Positions 26,621 through 40,065 of a stretch of DNA of 64,000 bases are shown here, piece after piece; positions within the stretch are counted from its first letter, which is position 1; each line of letters begins with the position of its first letter. Origin of the DNA: Octopus sinensis (lineage: Eukaryota). Where the stretch lies: assembly GCF_006345805.1 (NCBI RefSeq), contig NC_043017.1, positions 26,784,001 to 26,848,000 of the forward strand, in the 5' to 3' direction. Position numbers and translations under genes: made by a program. The notes beneath the pieces were generated by a model that saw nothing but the letters and a program-made list of their open reading frames with translations, had not been told where the DNA came from and did no database searches.

Positions 26621-29600
26621 CTTTCTATTATAGCCACAGACTCACCAATTTGGGGGAGGGTTTAGTCGATCATATCGGCCCAATGATCAACTGGTACTTA
26701 TTTTTTTGACCACGAAATGATGAAAAGCGAACTCAAACTCGGTGGAATTTGAAGTCAATAAGTTAAACCGAAGGAATTGAGGCTAAGCATTTTGTCCGTC
26801 CTACCAATGATTCAGAACTAAATAATAAATGGAAAAGTAACGCATTATACGGGAAAATATGTACATGGGTGGGCGATCCTCATGTTAACACAAATCTGTG
26901 CAATCAGTGGTTTGTTAGATCTAGACGTAAATCAGAAGTAATGTGTTATATTTCACCAGCGCAAGTCCTAACCCTGTCCAAGAAATTATCGAGTTACCTT
27001 TCTTAAAATTGGCAGTGGTCATTCTTGTCACTTTTGTGGGATAACCAATGAAATTATTCACAACCTCATCTAAATATTCTAATCGCCATGATTATCTTGG
27101 TCTATATACGCACTGGATCATATATGTTAGCTTGTATCAACGGTATCAAAGGTACGGAAGGAATATACACCAAACACAATTGCAGAACCCTTGAATGCTA
27201 AAATCACATTCTCTCCAATTTTAGCATTCAAACTACTCGTTCTATGATGACCAATATGCTCTATAATATGGTTAAAATTTACATCGTCGAAACATGTATG
27301 CTTATCCATATATTAATCTCATCGCACCTCAGATAAAAGATTTGTAACTGCATTCAGGGATCTTGAAATAGATTTCTTGAAAATGTGATCAGTAGAAAAA
27401 CAAATGTAAGTATTGTCATCGAAGCTTTGGGCATAATAAGGAAAGTCTAAGAAAATGAAGGGTTTTTAAAGTTTCATTAATAGTCTCAAATATCACAGAA
27501 AGTCTTTATGGGAGCCTTCATTCTCAGTATTTAATCTCTTTTCTCGCAACTCATAATTAACCCTTTCTCGCAACTCATAATTAACCCCTCAGTAAAACAT
27601 CTAACTGTTCATTTATATCGCATCGTGCGGCTTGGAACAGCTTGCGATCGAAAGAAGAGATGAAACATTTATTTTCAGCTACAAGACTTAAATGTGAATC
27701 ATAGATAAAATACGAAGATAACATCAACAACGATACAATAGCCACGAAGATGAGGATGACGACGACAACGACGATGATGATGATGACGACGACGACAACG
27801 ACGACGACGACGATTATAATTGTCTCGTTACGAGACACAATGTCTAGCAGGATAAAATTATATATAATGGCCTTCAACATAAGAGCTCACTCATGGTATT
27901 CTAAGAGAAACGTATTTATATAAGAGGAGTGGTGTGATGACATCTAGAGATACGCTTATTAATGATGTAGTCAAGCAGGAAATAACTGTGACATTATAAT
28001 GAAGAGCGCACTAACTAAAGCAAGATATAATGGTAATATGGATGTAGAAACATCATTCATTTTTATCCAGATTCAAGCATGATGGTACACGGTCGGGTTT
28101 AGAATAGAGACCGCTATTCCAACGGAGCTTTTCAGAATTCTGATGCCATGAATATGCACTGGCTTGGTTAAGTAATTCTAAAGGATACCATTATTTGAAA
28201 GAAAATCATTTCCGGTAGAACCGAATGATAAAATCTATTATCAGCTTACGGAATAAACGTTCAGGAATTGTATTTCTTTCGTATAGTGGAACGAAATAAA
28301 TACCAACTCGGTGTGCAGATTATTTACAGTCTAACGGAAAAGGTGATCACAAATCCTGAAATATATTCAACTACCGAATCCGTCAAACGCATGTATGTAG
28401 GTATCTCTCTGAAGTAGTTTTAATTACTAATAATCTATGTATAGTTTTGAAATGCTGAACAAATTAAGGTTCAATAAATCCGAAGAGAAACAAGATTTAT
28501 GCAGATTACGATTACAACCAGGCCGTGATTCCATATGTACCATTACTTGCTTCAGTATAAATCACATTTTACAAGTGTACAAGTGTTGACAATCTTATTG
28601 CTATTCGAACAATCAGTGCCCATGTCTCAAAACAGACATCTTATAATATGTCTCAATGTCTAAAATACGAATATCAGACAACATGTCATCTTTCACTAAA
28701 TGAACTGTGCCGATTCAGCAGAATACATATATCTGTCATAGACAGAAACATAATTAATGTTTCTGAAAAGCGAATGAAGAGCAACTAGCGAGTACTTTCC
28801 GATATTGAAAAAAGAAATTGTAAGTTTTTGTTTTCTTTTCTGCATTGAAAATGAAAATTTCAGAAATCAAAGGTAATTTAGGAAGACAGCTGGAAGTAAT
28901 CATACTGAAGTTATGTATCATGTGAACTGAATACTATTCTATATACTGGAAAATTACTGTAAGAATTTCAGTGATAAGTACATTTAAGTATGTCAAATGA
29001 TAGGGCTGAATATATGATTAAAAGGAGTCTATCACCAAACTGTATTTAATTCTCCTACGACATAATACAATCCTATCAACCTCATATATGCTAAAGTTTT
29101 AAGCGAAATACGACAATCTTTCGACATTCGTGTACTTTACCTGTGATTCAAATTTAAGTCTTGTAGTTGGAAAAAATATTTTACCTCTTCTTTCGATCGC
29201 AGAAAAGTAGTGGAAAATTACGTAACCGATATTCTAAAAATCTAACAAAGGAAACCATATAATTACTGGATTCAATAAATTGAATAAAAAATATACCTGA
29301 GCAAGTAATATCTAAGAACATTTACAAGGAGATCAAAATACACCGAGGAGCTGAACCGAATTCAAAGAATGTAAGGATATTAAGAAGATAATGGAATCAG
29401 TGAAATGCTTAAGGTTTTATTTTCCAAACTAGTTCTCCGCCTTCCTATTAACCAGTTTAGCAATGAATTCGAAACGTGATTATCGCTCGGTTAAAAGCAC
29501 GGACTCACCCCTTCCCACGAAAATAACTACTGTAGAAACTCGCTAAAGGTCTTATTTTCTTGCTTCATATATACATACATTTTTATATATCTGAAGTGTG

Positions 29601-30649
29601 AAATCCCATCAAAAGTAAGAAGAGAGCTTTACAATAAAATATATCCATGAGACATTAGGTTAATTCGTTCAGAAATTGATTTAATGTACAGTAAGCATCG
29701 AATCTTTATGTAATCATACATCGTTCATTTATATCCTAGATACCTATTACACTCACCTATTACAACTCTAATGGTTTCCTAATAGGTTACCTTAGTTCTA
29801 CCTTACACGAATTTTGAGAAAGGAAATTCCATTCTCCTTGCCGTGAATAAGTAAATAAATATAACTATAGAAATGATTAAAAACCACATAAGTAAATAAC
29901 AACTGTATAATATATTAATGCTTTCACGATAGCTTTTATTTCTATATTTATTTTTAGTTTATATTATATAAATTCTTAAACATTTTATATTTTAGATTCT
30001 GAGAAATATCTCAACTTTATATAATATCTGAAGGCAATTCTTTAAGTGTTTGGTTTTCTTTTATCGTCAGCTACTGATTTTGTAGTTTTGTTTTCTATCA
30101 TTTTTTTTTTTGTTTTCTTTTTATTGATTTTGATATTTTCCTTGATATTCTTCTTTTTTGTATCTTTTCCCAAGAATATTATGAATGTATTTCTACACAT
30201 TAAGATAGCAAAATCATACAAGAAAATAATATAAAACGCCCGTACGCTCATTAGGTGCCATTCAAATGAATTTTACGAATGTTCAATAACTTCTTGGATA
30301 CAGAATTGTTCTGTCCGCGAAATAAATTGATTTTCGGATTAAACTTCTATATCCCTGATTCATTTGAATAGTTTTCGAAATTCTGCATTCAGCATTAGCT
30401 CCGCTATAACTACAGCAGAAAATGAATGGATTTTGATTGATTCCAGAAGATTCTACAACTTAACTAGCCAATCACACATTTTTTGTTTCGAGAATTATAT
30501 TTTATTTCGTTTTTAATTCATTTCAATCCAAATTGTAATAGTTATAATATAAATACGTACATACACACAGATGTATCGAAATATATATAAACACGCATAC
30601 ATACAGATACGCTCATATACAAATGTGAGAATGTAGCTATACACCTAGG

Positions 30650-30706
<57 letters not shown>

Positions 30707-31013
30707 ATGTGAAATAGAAAGATGAATAATCTTGTAGTAGATTAATCAACAGTTTAACCGATACCTTAGTAGCAAAAATCACAGCAGTAAACAGCACGGT
30801 TGGAGGTACAACCATCTGGCGTTGCAACCGTGCGTTGGTGCGGATAATTGAAATTCACCAATTCACCAATAATGTTTTATATATATATATATATATGACT
30901 ATAGAAAGGAGAGAGATTGAGGAAGAGATAGATAAGAGCAAAATGTATCTATCTATCTATATATATGTTTATATGTACGTATGCATATATGTATGAATGT
31001 GTGTATGTATGTA

Positions 31014-31056
<43 letters not shown>

Positions 31057-31521
31057 TTTATATATTTACATATACGCGCAAGTGAAGAGAGAGAGAGAGA
31101 GAGGCAGAGGGAAGAAATGGTTTAGGAGGGAGACAGTGATAGGGAATTGTTCTTTGATATAATGAAACGAGTGAGTTTATAATGGTTGTTATTAGATGTG
31201 TTAATCAAAGACTTTAGTCACGATAATCATCATTGAAGCCAGTTAATTTAGAAAGTATTTACAGGACATTATGTGAGATGATATAATTACACATATGTAC
31301 AGAATCACAGACACAAATATGTGAAATCGGATATAGAATTTTGTGTGCAATTTCACACGAACTTATGGATCACATTTGGTGTTGTATGGACGAAACATTA
31401 TTCGTAATATTTTAGTCTTCAGATAAAACGAGACGTTTTGAGTGATATAACACTGATAGAATCTATCCATCTATCTATCTATCTATCTATCTATCTATAT
31501 ATCTATATATCTATATTCTAT

Positions 31522-31573
<52 letters not shown>

Positions 31574-31575
31574 AT

Positions 31576-34500
31576 ATAATTTCAACAATTGAGGGCAAAA
31601 TTAATTAATTATTAATCAATTTCACCAGTGTTCAGTATGCAAAGGGACCATTCAAGGCGAATTCAAATTATTACATTATATAAAAGGGCTTAGTAAAATA
31701 AATTACTTTGCCGCATACTGAACTCATTAGAAATAGCAGCTAAAAAACTTTTTTAAGGCTATTTCTAATACTTAAAGAAAATCTCTCTCATATATAGTGT
31801 TTGCATAATTTAACTCACAAAAGTTTGGGGGTAATGACATCGAAAAATCAAATGCTAAGGTTATTCGAGAACGTACGTTTCAAGATTAGTCAAAACAACA
31901 TTTCTATCATCGGCTCGGAAATTCCTTGGTTTGGATTTGGAAACACTGAAAATAAGAAAACATACCCTCTCGAAGATCAGCTCCCAACTAACAGTGCCAA
32001 CAAATTCAAAATAAGCAAGCGAAGAATCTCTGTTCTCCTCCCTTTCCACCAGCGTGGGTTAAAATCATCAAACTCTATGCTTATTTCGGTAAAGCCGAAG
32101 CATTAATCAGAGGGAGATTAATTATAATTTCAACAATTGAGGGCAAAATTAATTAATTATTAATCAATTTCACAAGTGTTCAGTATGCAAAGGGACCATT
32201 CAAGGCGAATTCAAATTATACATTATATAAAAGGGCTTAGTAAAATAAATTACTTTGCCGCATACTGAACTCATTAGAAATAGCAGCTAAAAAACTTTTT
32301 TAAGGCTATTTCTAATACTTAAAGAAAATCTCTCTCATATATAGTGTTTGCATAATTTAACTCACAAAAGTTTGGGGGTAATGACATCGAAAAATCAAAT
32401 GCTAAGTTATTCGAGAACGTACGTTTCAAGATTAGTCAAAACAACATTTCTATCATCGGCTCGGAATTCCTTGGTTTGGATTTGGAACACTGAAAATAAG
32501 AACATACCTCTCGAAGATCAGCTCCCAACTAACAGTGCCAACAAATTCAAAATAAGCAAGCGAAGAATCTCTGTTCTCCCCTTTCCACCAGCGTGGGTTA
32601 AAATCATCAAACTCTATGCTTATTTCGGTAAAGTCCGAAGCATTAATCAGAGGGAGATTAATTATAATTTCAACAATTGAGGGCAAAATTAATTAATTAT
32701 TAATCAATTTCACCAAGTGTTCAGTATGCAAAGGGACCATTCAAGGCGAATTCAATTATTACATTATATAAAAGGGCTTAGTAAAATAAATTACTTTGCC
32801 GCATACTGAACTCATTAGAAATAGCAGCTAAAAAACTTTTTTAAGGCTATTTCTAATACTTAAAGAAAATCTCTCTCATATATAGTGTTTGCATAATTTA
32901 ACTCACAAAAGTTTGGGGGTAATGACATCGAAAAATCAAATGCTAAGGTTATTCGAGAACGTACGTTTCAAGATTAGTCAAAACAACATTTCTATCATCG
33001 GCTCGGAAATTCCTTGGTTTGGATTTGGAAACACTGAAAATAAGAACATACCCTCTCGAAGATCAGCTCCCAACTAACAGTGCCAACAAATTCAAAATAA
33101 GCAAGCGAAGAATCTCTGTTCTCCCCCTTTCCACCAGCGTGGGTTAAAATCATCAAACTCTATGCTTATTTCGGTAAAGTCCGAAGCATTAATCAGAGGG
33201 AGATTAATTATAATTTCAACAATTGAGGGCAAAATTAATTAATTATTATCAATCTCACCAAGTGTTCAGTATGCAAAGGGACCATTCAAGGCGAATTCAA
33301 ATTATTACATTATATAAAAGGGCTTAGTAAAATAAATTACTTTGCCGCATACTGAACTCATTAGAAATAGCAGCTAAAAAACTTTTTTAAGGCTATTTCT
33401 AATACTTAAAGAAAATCTCTCTCATATATAGTGTTTGCATAATTTAACTCACAAAAGTTTGGGGGTAATGACATCGAAAAATCAAATGCTAAGGTTATTC
33501 GAGAACGTACGTTTCAAGATTAGTCAAAACAACATTTCTATCATCGGCTCGGAAATTCCTTGGTTTGGATTTGGAAACACTGAAAATAAGAACATACCTC
33601 TCGAAGATCAGCTCCCAACTAACAGTGCCAACAAATTCAAAATAAGCAAGCGAAGAATCTCTGTTCTCCCCTTTCCACCAGCGTGGGTTAAAATCATCAA
33701 ACTCTATGCTTATTTCGGTAAAGTCCGAAGCATTAATCAGAGGGAGATTAATTATAATTTCAACAATTGAGGGCAAAATAATTAATTATTAATCAATTTC
33801 ACCAAGTGTTCAGTATGCAAAGGGACCATTCAAGGCGAATTCAAATTATTACATTATATAAAAGGGCTTAGTAAAATAAATTACTTTGCCGCATACTGAA
33901 CTCATTAGAAATAGCAGCTAAAAAACTTTTTTAAGGCTATTTCTAATACTTAAAGAAAATCTCTCTCATATATAGTGTTTGCATAATTTAACTCACAAAA
34001 GTTTGGGGGTAATGACATCGAAAAATCAAATGCTAAGGTTATTCGAGAACGTACGTTTCAAGATTAGTCAAAACAACATTTCTATCATCGGCTCGGAATT
34101 CCTTGGTTTGGATTTGGAAACACTGAAAATAAGAACATACCCTCTCGAAGATCAGCTCCCAACTAACAGTGCCAACAATTCAAAATAAGCAAGCGAAGAA
34201 TCTCTGTTCTCCCCTTTCCACCAGCGTGGGTTAAAATCATCAAACTCTATGCTTATTTCGGTAAAGTCCGAAGCATTAATCAGAGGGAGATTAATTATAA
34301 TTTCAACAATTGAGGGCAAAATTAATTAATTATTAATCAATTTCACCAGTGTTCAGTATGCAAAGGGACCATTCAAGGCGAATTCAAATTATTACATTAT
34401 ATAAAAGGGCTTAGTAAAATAAATTACTTTGCCGCATACTGAACTCATTAGAAATAGCAGCTAAAAAACTTTTTTAAGGCTATTTCTAATACTTAAGAAA

Positions 34501-37500
34501 ATCTCTCTCATATATAGTGTTTGCATAATTTAACTCACAAAAGTTTGGGGGTAATGACATCGAAAAATCAAATGCTAAGGTTATTCGAGAACGTACGTTT
34601 CAAGATTAGTCAAAAAACATTTCTATCATCGGCTCGGAAATTCCTTGGTTTGGATTTGGAAACACTGAAAATAAGACATACCCTCTCGAAGATCAGCTCC
34701 CAACTAACAGTGCCAACAAATTCAAAATAAGCAAGCGAAGAATCTCTGTTCTCCCCTTTCCACCAGCGTGGGTTAAAATCATCAAACTCTATGCTTATTT
34801 CGGTAAAGTCCGAAGCATTAATCAGAGGGAGATTAATTATAATTTCAACAATTGAGGGCAAAATTAATTAATTATTAATCAATTTCACCAAGTGTTCAGT
34901 ATGCAAAGGGACCATTCAAGGCGAATTCAAATTATTACATTATATAAAAGGGCTTAGTAAAATAAATTACTTTGCCGCATACTGAACTCATTAGAAATAG
35001 CAGCTAAAAAACTTTTTTAAGGCTATTTCTAATACTTAAAGAAAATCTCTCATATATAGTGTTTGCATAATTTAACTCACAAAAGTTTGGGGGTAATGAC
35101 ATCGAAAAATCAAATGCTAAGGTTATTCGAGAACGTACGTTTCAAGATTAGTCAAACACACATTTCTATCATCGGCTCGGAAATTCCTTGGTTTGGATTT
35201 GGAAACACTGAAAATAAGAACATACCCTCTCGAAGATCAGCTCCCAACAACAGTGCCAACAATTCAAAATAAGCAAGCGAAGAATCTCTGTTCTCCCCTT
35301 TCCACCAGCGGGTTTAAAATCATCAAACTCTATGCTTATTTCGTAAATTATGCAAACACTATATATGAGAGAGATTTTCTTTAAGTATTAGAAATAGCCT
35401 TAAAAAAGTTTTTTTTAGCTGCTATTTCTAATGAGTTCAGTATGCGGCAAAGTAATTTATTTTACTAAGCCCTTTTATATAATATTAATAATTTGAATTC
35501 GCCTTGAATGGTCCCTTTGCATACTGAACACTTGGTGAAATTGATTATATTAATTAATTTTGCCCTCAATTGTTGAAATTATAATTAATCTCCCTCTGAT
35601 TATGCTTCGGACTTTACCGAAATAAGCATAGAGTTTGATGATTTTAACCCACGCTGGTGGAAAGGGGAGAACAGAGATTCTTCGCTTGCTTATTTTGAAT
35701 TTGTTGGCACTGTTAGTTGGGAGCTGATCTTCGAGAGGGTATGTTCTTATTTTCAGTGTTTCCAAATCCAAACCAAGGAATTTCCGAGCCGATGATAGAA
35801 ATGTTGTTTTTGACTAATCTTGAAACGTACGTTCTCGAATAACCTTAGCATTTGATTTTTCGATGTCATTACCCCCAAACTTTTGTGAGTTAAATTATGC
35901 AAACACTATATATGAGGAGATTTTCTTTAAGTATTAGAAATAGCCTTAAAAAAGTTTTTTAGCTGCTATTTCTAATGAGTTCAGTATGCGGCAAGTAATT
36001 TATTTTACTAAGCCCTTTTATATAATGTAATAATTTGAATTCGCCTTGAATGGTCCCTTTGCATACTGAACACTTGGTGAAATTGATTAATAATTAATTT
36101 TGCCCTCAATTGTTGAAATTATAATTAATCTCCCTCTGATTAATGCTTCGGACTTTACCGAAATAAGCATAGAGTTTGATGATTTTAACCCACGCTGGTG
36201 GAAAGGGGAGAACAGAGATTCTTCGCTTGCTTATTTTGAATTTGTTGGCACTGTTAGTTGGGAGCTGATCTTCGAGAGGGTATGTTCTTATTTTCAGTGT
36301 TTCCAAAAATCCAAACCAAGGAATTCCGAGCCGATGATAGAAATGTTGTTTTGACTAATCTTGAAACGTACGTTCTCGAATAACCTTAGCATGATTTTTC
36401 GATGTCATTACCCCCAAACTTTTGTGAGAGTTAAATTATGCAAACACTATATATGAGAGAGATTTTCTTTAAGTATTAGAAATAGCCTTAAAAAAGTTTT
36501 TTAGCTGCTATTTCTAATGAGTTCAGTATGCGGCAAAGTAATTTATTTTACTAAGCCCTTTTATATAATGTAATAATTTGAATTCGCCTTGAATGGTCCC
36601 TTTGCATACTGAACACTTGGTGAAATTGATTAATAATTAATTAATTTTGCCCTCAATTGTTGAAATTATAATTAATCTCCCTCTGATTAATGCTTCGGAC
36701 TTTACCGAAATAAGCATAGAGTTTGATGATTTTAACCCACGCTGGTGGAAAGGGGGGAGAACAGAGATTCTTCGCTTGCTTATTTTGAATTTGTTGGCAC
36801 TGTTAGTTGGGAGCTGATCTTCGAGAGGGTATGTTCTTATTTTCAGTGTTTCCAAATCCAAACCAAGGAATTTCCGAGCCGATGATAGAAATGTTGTTTT
36901 GACTAATCTTGAAACGACGTTCTCGAATAACCTTAGCATTTGATTTTTCGATGTCATTACCCCCAAACTTTTGTGAGTTAAATTATGCAAACACTATATA
37001 TGAGAGAGATTTTCTTTAAGTATTAGAAATAGCCTTAAAAAAGTTTTTAGCTATTTTTCTAATGAGTTCAGTATGCGGCAAGTAATTTATTTTACTAAGC
37101 CCTTTTATATAATGTAATAATTTGAATTCGCCTTGAATGGTCCCTTTGCATACTGAACACTTGGTGAAATTGATTAATAATTAATTAATTTTGCCCTCAA
37201 TGTTGAAATTATAATTAATCTCCCTCTGATTAATGCTTCGGACTTTACCGAAATAAGCATAGAGTTTGATGATTTTAACCCACGCTGGTGGAAAGGGGAG
37301 AACAGAGATTCTTCGCTTGCTTATTTTGAATTTGTTGGCACTGTTAGTTGGGAGCTGATCTTCGAGAGGGTATGTTCTTATTTTCAGTGTTTCCAAATCC
37401 AAACCAAGGAATTTCCGAGCCGATGATAGAAATGTTGTTTTGACTAATCTTGAAACGTACGTTCTCGAATAACCTTAGCATTTGATTTTTCGATGTCATT

Positions 37501-38723
37501 ACCCCCAAACTTTTGTGAGTTTAATTATGCAAACACTATATAGAAGAGATTTTCTTTAAGTATTAGAAATAGCCTTAAAAAAGTTTTTAGCTGCTATTTC
37601 TAATGAGTTCAGTATGCGGCAAAGTAATATTTTACTAAGCCCTTTTATATAATGTAATAATTTGAATTCGCCTTGAATGGTCCCTTTGCATACTGAACAC
37701 TTGGTGAAATTGATTAATAATTAATTAATTTTGCCCTCATTGTTGAAATTATAATTAATCTCCTCTGATTAATGCTTCGGACTTTACCGAAATAAGCATA
37801 GAGTTTGATGATTTTAACCCACGCTGGTGGAAAGGGGAGAGAAAGAGATTCTTCGTGCTTATTTTGAATTTGTTGGCACTGTTAGTTGGGAGCTGATCTT
37901 CGAGAGGGTATGTTCTTATTTTCAGTGTTTCCAAATCCAAACCAAGGAATTTCCGAGCCGATGATAGAATGTTGTTTTGACTAATCTTGAAACGTACGTT
38001 CTCGAATAACCTTAGCATTTGATTTTTCGATGTCCTTACCCCAACTTTTTTGAGTTAAATTATGCAAACACTATATATGAGAGAGATTTTCTTTAAGTAT
38101 TAGAAATAGCCTTAAAAAAGTTTTTTTAGCGCTATTTCTAATGAGTTCAGTATGCGGCAAAGTAATTTATTTTACTAAGCCCTTTTATATAATGTAATAT
38201 TTGAATTCGCCTTGAATGGTCCCTTTGCATACTGAACACTTGGTGAAATTGATTAATAATTAATTAATTTTGCCCTCATTGTTGAAATTATAATTAATCT
38301 CCCTCTGATTAATGCTTCGGACTTTACCGAAATAAGCATAGAGTTTGATGATTTTAACCCACGCTGGTGGAAAGGGGGAAACAGAGATTCTTCGCTTGCT
38401 TATTTTGAATTTGTGGCACTGTTAGGTTGGGAGCTGATTTCGAGAGGGTATGTTCTATTTTCAGTGTTTCCAAATCCAAACCAAGGAATTTCCGAGCCGA
38501 TGATAGAAATGTTGTTTTGACTAATCTTGAAACGTACGTTCTCGAATAACCTTAGCATTTGATTTTTCGATGTCATTACCCCAAACTTTTGTGAGTTAAA
38601 TTATGCAAACACTATATATAGAGAGATTTTCTTTAAGTATTAGAAATAGCCTTAAAAAAGTTTTTTAGCTGCTATTTCTAATGAGTTCAGTATGCGGCAA
38701 GTATTTATTTTACTAAGCCCTTT

Positions 38724-38730
<7 letters not shown>
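31576..38730. repeat. Inverted (palindromic) tandem array of ~543-bp units: 7 units in one orientation (31576-35347), ~6.2 units reversed (35344-38730), flanked by (TA)n
   Basis: The marker caacaattgaggg starts at 31583, 32131, 32671, 33217, 33761, 34304 and 34846. The reverse marker ends at 35575, 36115, 36662, 37205, 37745 and 38284. Confidence 0.97.
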
Positions 38731-38754
<24 letters not shown>

Positions 38755-39079
38755 CAACATAAGGGACTAAAGCCATCTGAATATGGCTAGGGACAGGGCA
38801 GGGTGGTGGGGGTGTTACTGTTGCATTTAGCCCCAGGCGAACATCGACGTCGCTAGATAGGCTTGACACCGTCACGGTGTCCTTTAACCTGCAAAGGGAG
38901 ATAATTCCCCGATGAAGCGGAAACCACACACGGACCATGGTTTCAAGGTGTATTGCACACATCAGCCCGCAGCCTTTCAACTCATAGCTATAATCTTCAT
39001 GCGCTGGTCAGGTCATATCCTTCGTTTCCAGCTATAACATGCTACCAAGGTTTTTACTTTTATCTCATGAAGCACCTAC

Positions 39080-39250
39080 GGATTTTATGTGGCCTGGTAG
39101 CCGGATCCGCAGCACATGACTGGACATGATGAATGATGATCTAAATCGGATCAGCGACACCTTGGATGTTGCAGAAGAGCTGGCACACGACTGCGAGTGA
39201 AGGAGAGGAACAATGAACCTTGCCGGCTATACGGACGATGAAGCCGCTGG
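39080..39250 (+). mobile_element. RTE-clade LINE C-terminal remnant
   Basis: Translates GSRIRST*LDMMNDDLNRISDTLDVAEELAHDCE*RR, a decayed form of the GRPRTRWLD..DL...A..LA.DR..WR C-terminus. Confidence 0.55.
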
Positions 39251-39464
39251 GAACACGAACCTGGAATCAACGCAGGTCCATCAAGTAAGAGTATGAAGGA
39301 AGGAACAATCATGAAAAATAACAACTTTACTGAGTACGGTACGAATGTTAAGATATCAGAGAAAATGTTCCAAATAATAATATCGAAATCCCTGCTTTCG
39401 CGTTTCAGAAACGCATCAGTATATATAATAGCATCGAGACACCGCTTAGCATGCCGGAAGCTAG

Positions 39465-40065
39465 GCTTTAATTGTAAACACCGGGCCAATTGCCAAGCTC
39501 TGTTCCATGTGACCTGCGCTTCAAATTATTGTTGTATGTGTAATATTCCGGTACTTCAGGGTAAATGAGAGTAGCAGCAAACTCATCAACTGAACACAAT
39601 TTAAAAAACGCTGTACGCGTAGTCCCTTTTAGATTTTCAATGACTTGACGTGCATTTTTCTCTGTGAAGTAATCCAGCTGTCTCTTCTGTAAATGAACAT
39701 TCAGGTGGAAAACTGATGGTGAGCTTAGATGAATCTCGTATCGAAAAATGCGCCACGCTGCATAATTGGAGGATACATACCTACCCAAAACAAATTGTTT
39801 AATTTCGTCATGTCTAAGGTCTTCATCACTGAACACAAACACGGCCATCATCGCCCTTATTAATGTACTTACAGAGGTATTGCTCTCTCACCGAACTGCA
39901 GTACTCAACATTATGTGTGCATTAAATGTTTTGGAAAGCAAAGGGTTGAATGGAACAATCCAGGCAGTATCAACATCGAATGTTATTAACCGTTGTCTAA
40001 CTGTAGCTTTGCGGCCACCCAAACCTGTGTGGTGGGGTTGGCGATGATAATTATCTCTATGAATG
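39465..40065 (-). mobile_element. Helitron RepHel coding fragment (pseudogenised)
   Basis: WIVPFNPLLSKTFNAHI, DEIKQFVLGRYVSSNYAAWRIFRYEIH..PSVFHLNVHL and TTRTAFFKLCSVDEFAATLIYPEVPEYYT match the conserved RepHel segment between the Rep and helicase domains. Confidence 0.88.

Noticed and set aside
27127-27309. 60-aa minus-strand ORF with protein-like composition
   Set aside because: No convincing splice sites or recognisable family; it contains a 14-bp hairpin (27191-27231) and its length is within chance expectation.
31801-38018. Repeated 60-117 aa ORFs (MHNLTHKSLG..., MPSIVEIII...)
   Set aside because: They are translations of the tandem unit, vary in frame and length between copies, and show no recognisable domain.
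31576-38730. CRISPR-like or rDNA/5S array interpretation
   Set aside because: There are no unique spacers, the context is eukaryotic, and the AT-rich unit has no rRNA, tRNA or snRNA motifs.
38905-38947. CCGATGA-agcg-GAAAC hammerhead-like string
   Set aside because: There is no room for stem II, and GAAACCA/TGGTTTC forms a simple hairpin instead.
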